DNA of 13,409 nucleotides from Pseudomonadota bacterium (GTDB lineage Bacteria; UBA10199; 2-02-FULL-44-16; JBDRGF01). Position 1 is the first letter of the stretch; the number at the start of each line of letters is the position of its first letter. Of the stretch, positions 1 through 6,209 are shown piece by piece. The notes under the pieces were generated by a model. The model was not told the DNA's origin. It saw only the letters and a program-made list of their open reading frames with translations, and did not search any database. The position numbers were made by a program, and so were the translations under genes. The stretch covers positions 1 to 13,409 of the forward strand of contig JBDRGF010000011.1 of assembly GCA_043818055.1 (NCBI GenBank). Reading direction: 5' to 3'.

Positions 1-2
1 GG

Positions 3-1358
3 CTAACAGTGCGAATATGCAAACGATTTGACGGCGGCAGGGCGCATTGGGAGAGCGACACAGTATTCTGACTTTTTGTCCTTTCCAGAACCTCGCCATA
101 CCCTTCCTCCATGCATCTCCACTATCTTCTTCGACAAGGTAAAATCGAGGTCGGTATCTTCATTTAAAGCCATTTTATCTTTGTTGGCCACATAGGGAGT
201 GGTGTTTGGGTAGATGTCCTTGACAGATACCATCAACATATCACCCTTTTTAAAGGTGGTGAAGGATATTTTGTTCTTTCTTTTGCCACCCCCCATCGCA
301 TGAAGGATGGTGGTAAAGACCTGAGAGAGCCTGTCCTCATCGCCATATATGCCAGCTATTTTTGGATCGATCTCTATAGAAAACTCCATGTTGCGCTTGA
401 AGACCTCTCCCTGTGCTACAGCTCTGAGCAGCCTGTCTATATTAACCCGCCTCACATCCAAATGAAGCTGATTATTTTCAAGCTTTGAAATATCGAGCAT
501 GGTCTCGACCGTCTTCATGAGCCCGGTTCCTGATTGCCTTACCATCTTCAGATAGTTCACCTGTTCAGAATTCAGCTCGCCATACGTCCCATTGGCGATC
601 AGTTCAGTGAGGCCGATTATTCCATTGAGAGGCGTCCTCAATTCATGTGAGAGATTTCTCAAAAGCTGATCCCTGAAGCGCTTCGATTCCTGCAGCCTCT
701 TGTTCTGACTGAGGAGGAGGCTGTACATATTCGCATTGTGAATAACCATTGCGCTCTGAATGCTGAGGTAATTGAGCAGCTCAAGCGTCTCACAATCATA
801 GTTATCAACATTTCCAAGATTGATAAGGCCATGAAGTTTGCCGGCGATAAAAACAGGTACAACAGCAAAGGCATTAAAGTGAACCATGTAACGAAGGGCT
901 TCGTTTTTTATCCTGGACGGAGCAGAAGATTTGGAGATGACATCTCTAAGAACGATATTCTTATAATCTGTAATATAATCGAAAAAGATATCCCCCTCTT
1001 CTACGAGAAAGGATGTGAGTCTGCCCTTGAAAGTCGCCTTGACGCGAAATTTACAATCCGAACCCTTCACAAGAAAAGAACCCTCAGCGGCGCCAACTGT
1101 CGTAACAAAGAGCTCAACGATCGACTCATAGAGGCCAACCCCTCTCTTTCTGGCAGTCTTTTCGGTGAATGATTTTAGGATATCATGATAATCAAACCTG
1201 GGACGGCCGAGAAAACAATGAACAAACCACTCACGAAGATTTCTCCATTTGTAAATGCAGATCCCGCAAAGCAGAATGGATGACAAAATTAAAAAAAGAG
1301 ACAAGAGATACGGATATCCCTTTTCTAATATGGAAAATAGCCCGTCCAATTTTAACAC
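3..1358 (-). CDS. Membrane-anchored GAF-HisKA sensor histidine kinase-like protein with degenerate HATPase domain (probable pseudokinase/phosphatase)
   Basis: 451-aa ORF with GTG start, GGGGGAG Shine-Dalgarno upstream and TAG stop at 3-5. N-terminal hydrophobic helix, GAF-like segment (VVPVFIAGKLHGLINLG...ELLNYLSIQSAMVIHNA), H-box LSHELRTPLNGIIG, and HATPase remnants (GDEDRLSQVF, SKKIVEMHGGRVW). Confidence 0.88.
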   Translation of the reverse strand: MLKLDGLFSILEKGYPYLLSLFLILSSILLCGICIYKWRNLREWFVHCFLGRPRFDYHDILKSFTEKTARKRGVGLYESIVELFVTTVGAAEGSFLVKGSDCKFRVKATFKGRLTSFLVEEGDIFFDYITDYKNIVLRDVISKSSAPSRIKNEALRYMVHFNAFAVVPVFIAGKLHGLINLGNVDNYDCETLELLNYLSIQSAMVIHNANMYSLLLSQNKRLQESKRFRDQLLRNLSHELRTPLNGIIGLTELIANGTYGELNSEQVNYLKMVRQSGTGLMKTVETMLDISKLENNQLHLDVRRVNIDRLLRAVAQGEVFKRNMEFSIEIDPKIAGIYGDEDRLSQVFTTILHAMGGGKRKNKISFTTFKKGDMLMVSVKDIYPNTTPYVANKDKMALNEDTDLDFTLSKKIVEMHGGRVWRGSGKDKKSEYCVALPMRPAAVKSFAYSHC

Positions 1359-1420
1359 TTATCTCCCCCACCCTATCTCATTGAAATCTATCTTTGAATC
1401 CCCCAAAAACTAACATCGTG

Positions 1421-1449
1421 ATTATACACTATTTTATTAATGATTGGAA
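1421..1449 (-). promoter_or_regulatory. Candidate sigma70 promoter for the sensor gene
   Basis: Minus strand reads TTCCAA-17 nt-TATAAT, about 60 nt upstream of the GTG. The -10 is perfect and the -35 is weak. Confidence 0.4.
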
Positions 1450-1480
1450 GAGAATGATTGATAAAATGTTATTTTTTTTA

Positions 1481-1508
1481 ATGAGTTGTGAGTCACTCAT
1501 CACTAGTT
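1481..1508. repeat. Short heptamer repeat with strand switch
   Basis: ATGAGTT GTGAGTC | ACTCATC ACTAGTT. ATGAGT/ACTCAT form an inverted repeat. Confidence 0.4.
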
Positions 1509-1510
1509 TG

Positions 1511-1537
1511 CATTTCTCACACCTCTTGTGAGAAATG
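1511..1537. promoter_or_regulatory. Perfect 11-bp inverted repeat (operator or hairpin candidate)
   Basis: CATTTCTCACA-CCTCT-TGTGAGAAATG in the divergent promoter region. Confidence 0.55.
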
Positions 1538-1539
1538 TT

Positions 1540-1599
1540 TCCAAATTTCAAATCTCAAACTCCAAATCTCAAATAAATCACAAATTTCAAATTCCAAAC
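1540..1599. repeat. Degenerate heptamer tandem array (NNCAAAY), 5 + 3 units
   Basis: TCCAAAT TTCAAAT CTCAAAC TCCAAAT CTCAAAT [AAAT] CACAAAT TTCAAAT TCCAAAC. Confidence 0.92.
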
Positions 1600-1626
1600 G
1601 AGAATCAAAATTAGCAAAGGAATTCC

Positions 1627-1654
1627 TTGATATTGTAAATTTTATCAATATTAT
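1627..1654 (+). promoter_or_regulatory. Candidate sigma70 promoter for the S41 protease operon (possibly leaderless)
   Basis: TTGATA-16 nt-TATTAT, ending 9 nt before ATG 1664. No SD precedes the ATG. Confidence 0.4.
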
Positions 1655-1663
1655 CTCCCCACT

Positions 1664-4333
1664 ATGAAAAAACATCTCATCACTACAATAATTCTTCTTC
1701 TCATCCCGTTCTCTTCATTCGCTGTTCCGCCGACCGGCATAATTACGGCAAAGAGTCTGGGGGCAGTGGAAAAGCACTACCTCGATCGCAAGGATATACG
1801 TCCCCGGGAACTTCTCGATGCTGCTTTGGAAAATCTTCAATACAACATTCCGGAATTTCAGATCATCAAGTCATCGTCCTCCAGCATCACTGTAAAAGTG
1901 GGGTTCGCGTCTAAGAATTTTAAAATTAGCCCGAACGTCACCCTCAAGGAGGTACCAACATTTTTATTCCACATCTATAAATTCCTGGAGGCAAATTACG
2001 ACGGGGATATCAAACAGGATCAGTTTGAACCTTTGGCAATCGACGGAATCCTTTCGAAGCTCGACGCCCATTCATCGCTCCTCATCCCCAAGATCTACAG
2101 CGAATTCAACATTGGAACGAAGGGGGAATTCGGCGGCCTTGGAATGGTAGTCGGTCTCAAAGATGGAAAAATAACTGTGATCTCACCCCTTGACGACACC
2201 CCTGCATCAAAAGTCGGAATGCGGGCAGGTGACAGGATCGTTCAAATTGAAAATGAATCGACTATTAACATGTCTCTCACAGAGGCCGTGAATATGCTAA
2301 GAGGGCCGGTCGGCACCAAAGTGACAATCGTCATTGAGAGAGGAGCTGGCGAGAAGATAAAACTTGAGATGAAAAGAGCCAAGATCCATATAGACAGCGT
2401 GAAGTCCAAGCTGATCAGCTCAAGACCCTCAAACAAGATAGGATATATAAAGATAAAAAACTTCCAGTCCAATACCGACGAGGATGTGGCAAAGGCCTTA
2501 AAAAAATTCGATACAGGTGGAAAGATGACAGGATTGATCATCGATCTGAGAAATAACCCCGGTGGTCTGCTCGACCAGGCAGCCAAAATATGCGATCACT
2601 TTCTTGAATCGGGCGTAATAGTCTCGACCGTCGCCGCCGGTAATAAGTTTATGGATAAGGAGAACGCCCATAAGACTGGCACCGAACCTACCTATCCCAT
2701 AGTCATTTTGATCAATCAGGGTTCTGCATCTGCATCCGAAATCGTTGCCAAAACCCTGCAGAACAACAGTCGTGCTATTGTGATGGGAGAGAATTCCTTT
2801 GGCAAAGGATCTGTTCAGACGATCTTCGATCTGGGTGATAATTACGCATTAAAACTTACAATTGCAAAATACCTCGCCAGCGGAACGACTGAGATCAAGA
2901 AGGAGGGCATCACACCAGATATCGAGCTCACTCCGCTATTCGCCGAAAAGGATACTATCAACATCATCCCCGATGAGAAAAAAGATTACGGAGAAGATTC
3001 TACAAAAAAGAAGGATGCTGTTAAAAAAGTCCCTACAGAAAAATCAAAATATAGCCTCTCTTTTTTAGATAAAAAGACTGAAAAGGATTGGGAAAAGATC
3101 AGCAAGGAAGAGCACGCAAAGGAGCCGAACATAGCAGATGATTTTGCGGTCAACCTGGCAATCAAACTGCTCACCAATGACAACATCAAAAAAGTTCCAA
3201 AAGTCATAGAGGAGCTCTCAAACGAGGAGCAACAGAAACTCACATCAGCCCTATCAAGTCTGAATATCGACTGGTCAGTTGGCAAAAAGCCTCTCAAAGC
3301 ACAGCCCAACCTGACTGACAGCTTAAATATTTTCAACAGCAATAAGAGCAAGAAATTGGAATCGATCCAGTCAGGGGATGCTGTCAATTTGGTTCTCACT
3401 CTCACAAACAATGGAAAAGAGACCTTGCACAGGGTGATCGCCAACACAACTTCTGAAAATCCATATTTTAACGAATTGGAATTTGTATTCGGTACACTTA
3501 AGCCTGGCGAAAGCAAGAGCTGGACCAGAGAGGTAAAAATTCCATTGGCCATGCCTCAACAGGAGGTCGAGATCAAATTTGAAAACAAATATGGTCGAAA
3601 TGCCAAATCTGCAGGGGAATTCAGCAAATCTATAACTCTGACTTCTGCCCCCTCCCCCCGATTCATGTTCAGCTATAAATTTTCAGGCGTTAAAACAAAT
3701 TCTCCAGTTCCTCAGAAAAAAAATCTGAATTTAAAACTGAAGGTCAGCAATCTTGGCCCGGGGGCAACAAGTGATGAATCCGTTGCAACGCTTTCGACCG
3801 AATCCCCAGAAACTGTATTCATTCAGAAAGGAAGGGTCGATATTCCCCAGTTGAAACCGGGTGAATCAAAATCCATAGACTTCAGCTTTTATATTCAGCC
3901 TGATACAAAAACTGAAGTGGCACAGCTCGAGTTGATTTTATTCGATTCCAAAAATTTGGTTTCTATCAGCAAAAAAATACAGCTCAACCTGACCAACGGA
4001 AAAATCACCCCTCCGGAATCGGTGCAGTATCAGGCGCCAAAAATCACTTTGAGCAACATACCCAAAACCTCAACCTCTGCCACATTGAACCTGAAGGGAA
4101 AGATAGAGGATGATGAAATTGTGAAGGATTATTATGTCTTCGTAGGAAGGGAAAAACTTGTCTACTCCCTCTTCCCCAGGGCAAAAAATGAAGCGGTCTT
4201 TACGACAACCCTTCCACTGGAAAAGGGAAATAATCTCATCACTGTAATAGCAAGGGATCAGCACCGCCTTTCATCATCCAAAAGTTTTATCGTCAGACTG
4301 GTCGAAAAAGATAGCAAAACAATTCAAAAATGA
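1664..4333 (+). CDS. Secreted carboxyl-terminal processing protease, S41A family (PDZ + peptidase) with C-terminal CARDB/Ig-like extension; MXAN_5808-like
   Basis: 889 aa. Signal peptide (MKKHLITTIILLLIPFSSFA), LDAHS, GEFGGLG PDZ entry, DLRNNPGGLL, INQGSASASE (catalytic Ser), GENSFGKGSVQ (catalytic Lys), GITPDI. Two C-terminal beta-rich repeats both contain LKPGESKS. Confidence 0.93.
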   Translation: MKKHLITTIILLLIPFSSFAVPPTGIITAKSLGAVEKHYLDRKDIRPRELLDAALENLQYNIPEFQIIKSSSSSITVKVGFASKNFKISPNVTLKEVPTFLFHIYKFLEANYDGDIKQDQFEPLAIDGILSKLDAHSSLLIPKIYSEFNIGTKGEFGGLGMVVGLKDGKITVISPLDDTPASKVGMRAGDRIVQIENESTINMSLTEAVNMLRGPVGTKVTIVIERGAGEKIKLEMKRAKIHIDSVKSKLISSRPSNKIGYIKIKNFQSNTDEDVAKALKKFDTGGKMTGLIIDLRNNPGGLLDQAAKICDHFLESGVIVSTVAAGNKFMDKENAHKTGTEPTYPIVILINQGSASASEIVAKTLQNNSRAIVMGENSFGKGSVQTIFDLGDNYALKLTIAKYLASGTTEIKKEGITPDIELTPLFAEKDTINIIPDEKKDYGEDSTKKKDAVKKVPTEKSKYSLSFLDKKTEKDWEKISKEEHAKEPNIADDFAVNLAIKLLTNDNIKKVPKVIEELSNEEQQKLTSALSSLNIDWSVGKKPLKAQPNLTDSLNIFNSNKSKKLESIQSGDAVNLVLTLTNNGKETLHRVIANTTSENPYFNELEFVFGTLKPGESKSWTREVKIPLAMPQQEVEIKFENKYGRNAKSAGEFSKSITLTSAPSPRFMFSYKFSGVKTNSPVPQKKNLNLKLKVSNLGPGATSDESVATLSTESPETVFIQKGRVDIPQLKPGESKSIDFSFYIQPDTKTEVAQLELILFDSKNLVSISKKIQLNLTNGKITPPESVQYQAPKITLSNIPKTSTSATLNLKGKIEDDEIVKDYYVFVGREKLVYSLFPRAKNEAVFTTTLPLEKGNNLITVIARDQHRLSSSKSFIVRLVEKDSKTIQK

Positions 4334-5268
4334 TGAAGATATTTGAGGGGTCGACAAACTATAACGAGTCAAGCCGGCATAAAACGATAGTTGCCATCGG
4401 CAACTTTGACGGTGTTCATCTTGGACATTTGAAACTTTTGCAGCTTGCAAAGGAGATGGCTAAGAGAAAAAACAGCAGGCTGCTGGCTTACACATTTTTT
4501 CCTCATCCCGCCGCCTTGCTTGCACCACAACTAGCACCTTTACTGCTGCAAACAATTGAACAGAGAAAGAGATCGCTTGAAGAGGCCGGAGTTGACATCT
4601 GTATAATTGAGCCCTTCGATCATGCCCTTTCCGGTGTAAGCCCTGATTACTTTTTTCATGAAACACTTCTAAACAGACTTCATGCCTCAGGAATCGTAAT
4701 AGGATACGATTTTACTTTCGGCAAAAACAGGTCAGGAAATACTGCAATGTTGCAATCGCTCGCACAAAAAGAGAAAATAGAGCTCATCGTAACACCACCC
4801 CAGTTAATCGATGAAATTCTCATCAGTTCAACCAACATAAGACAGGCCCTGCGGGGTGGACAGATCGATTTGGCAAACAAACTCTTGGGCAGAGCTTATG
4901 AAATCACAGGATTGATAATACCGGGTCGCGGTTTTGGCAAAGAGATTGGCGCACGAACTGCAAACCTTAAACCGTACAGCCAGATCATCCCATCTGATGG
5001 CGTATATCTTACTGAAACAACAATTGATAAAACTTACCCTTCGATAACCAGCATAGGCAATAACCCTACATTCTCTTTTAAACAACATAGCATTGAGACA
5101 CATCTTTTGGATACAGAGAGAGATCTGCAAGGAGTACAAGTTTCCATCAACTTTTTACACAGAATGAGAGATCAGAAAGCATTCAATTCGGTCGAAGAAC
5201 TGACGCATCAGATCTCTGATGATTTAAAAGAAGCGAGAAAAATGCATGAGAAAAGAAAAGGGATTTGA
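4330..5268 (+). CDS. ribF: Bifunctional riboflavin kinase / FAD synthetase
   Basis: GNFDGVHLGH, FFPHP, GYDFTFG, ISSTNIR, LLGR, TANL, SIGNNPTF, IETHLLD, R-D-Q-K-A-F. Start overlaps the protease stop (ATGA). Confidence 0.96.
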   Translation: MMKIFEGSTNYNESSRHKTIVAIGNFDGVHLGHLKLLQLAKEMAKRKNSRLLAYTFFPHPAALLAPQLAPLLLQTIEQRKRSLEEAGVDICIIEPFDHALSGVSPDYFFHETLLNRLHASGIVIGYDFTFGKNRSGNTAMLQSLAQKEKIELIVTPPQLIDEILISSTNIRQALRGGQIDLANKLLGRAYEITGLIIPGRGFGKEIGARTANLKPYSQIIPSDGVYLTETTIDKTYPSITSIGNNPTFSFKQHSIETHLLDTERDLQGVQVSINFLHRMRDQKAFNSVEELTHQISDDLKEARKMHEKRKGI

Positions 5269-5494
5269 TCATCCAAGGTTGTTCGGCTTTCTCTATATAG
5301 ATGATAGAGAACTCACGATCGCCCACAGAGTCGATCGACATCTGAGATCCATCGATCCAAAAATCAGATGCCTGCCTCTAAAAATCAACAAAAGGAAAAT
5401 TAAGAATGTATATAAAGCTATGCGCCTTCTGGATATTGAGGGAGGAATTATAGCCGGTGGGTGTCAAAGATTAGGCACTTTCCGTATATATTAA
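5246..5494 (+). CDS. Small protein resembling a degenerate shikimate dehydrogenase N-terminal (substrate-binding) domain; possibly a gene remnant
   Basis: 82 aa, overlapping the ribF end by 23 nt. RLFGFL...LPLKI...KAMRLLDIEG follows the spacing I recall for the AroE N-terminus (LYGVIG...FKV...KGIRALGxxG) but lacks the SxSP and TxPxK motifs. Confidence 0.5.
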   Translation: MRKEKGFDHPRLFGFLYIDDRELTIAHRVDRHLRSIDPKIRCLPLKINKRKIKNVYKAMRLLDIEGGIIAGGCQRLGTFRIY

Positions 5495-5576
5495 CCCGCT
5501 TTAATTTTACCTTCATTTTTATCAGTCTTTTGCTCTTATTTATTATCTAGTTACAAATTCTTGACAATGGGTATAT

Positions 5577-5593
5577 TTGGCATGATTCTTGAA
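5577..5593 (+). promoter_or_regulatory. Candidate sigma54 (-24/-12) promoter
   Basis: TTGGCATGATTCTTGAA versus consensus YTGGCACGRNNNTTGCW (GG-N10-GA). It lies 24 nt before the ATG, and a GAGG SD is at 5608-5611. Confidence 0.6.
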
Positions 5594-5617
5594 GTGAATA
5601 TGTCATAGAGGTATTAT

Positions 5618-6076
5618 ATGAAACAAATAAAATTATCAGTATTGGTTATTGAGGATAACCCAGTCCTACTCTCCTTTTGGGAAAGGATCTTAAGCGACAT
5701 GGGCATACCGAAGAAATCTCTTCACTTCACTTCAGATGTTTTGGAAGCAAAGGCGCTTCTCAGTAAGTATGCATTCGATCTGTTGATATCAGATGTTGTG
5801 TTGCCGGATCTCAATGGATACCAACTTGCACGATTCGCGATAGAAAAAAATCCTGGAATCAGAATATTGCTCACCACCGGATATAGCGCAAATTTGAGCA
5901 GATTTGATCTTAAAGGTTTAAAAGCCCATCTAATCCATAAACCGTATCAGGACCTCAACCGCCTGACTGCGATGATCTCACATGTAATAAATGATGAGGA
6001 CCCATTCGAGGATGCCACCGAAGACAGTCATTCGGAAAATGACTTCTATCCCGATATCACGGAGTGGTCATTGTAA
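5618..6076 (+). CDS. Single-domain CheY-like response regulator with acidic C-terminal tail
   Basis: VLVIEDN, DLLISDVVLPDLNGYQL (phospho-Asp), LLTTGY and HKPY. SD GAGG. Confidence 0.92.
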   Translation: MKQIKLSVLVIEDNPVLLSFWERILSDMGIPKKSLHFTSDVLEAKALLSKYAFDLLISDVVLPDLNGYQLARFAIEKNPGIRILLTTGYSANLSRFDLKGLKAHLIHKPYQDLNRLTAMISHVINDEDPFEDATEDSHSENDFYPDITEWSL

Positions 6077-6105
6077 TGCGACATGATTCGAGTATGCAAA
6101 TTCCC

Positions 6106-6133
6106 GTAGGGGCGGTTCGCGAACCGCCCCTAC
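6106..6133. repeat. GTAG-type REP palindrome (may also act as a terminator hairpin)
   Basis: Perfect 28-bp palindrome GTAGGGGCGGTTCG|CGAACCGCCCCTAC between convergent genes. Confidence 0.85.
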
Positions 6134-6209
6134 AAATTAAAATCGGTTAGGATAACAAAAAAGTATTTACAATGAAACAAGGCGAACAATATCTTCAACT
6201 CCTTAAATC

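Noticed and set aside
300..1384. Alternative-frame and antisense ORFs over the sensor gene
   Set aside because: Shadow ORFs of a well-supported CDS, with no motifs.
1540..1599. CRISPR array interpretation of this and the other repeats
   Set aside because: Units are 7 nt and contiguous, with no 23-47 nt repeats separated by unique spacers and no cas genes.
2242..5139. Antisense and alternative-frame ORFs within the protease and ribF
   Set aside because: Shadow ORFs with no independent evidence.
5495..5560. T-rich tract as another heptamer array or an intrinsic terminator
   Set aside because: No consistent 7-nt register and no GC-rich stem before the T runs.
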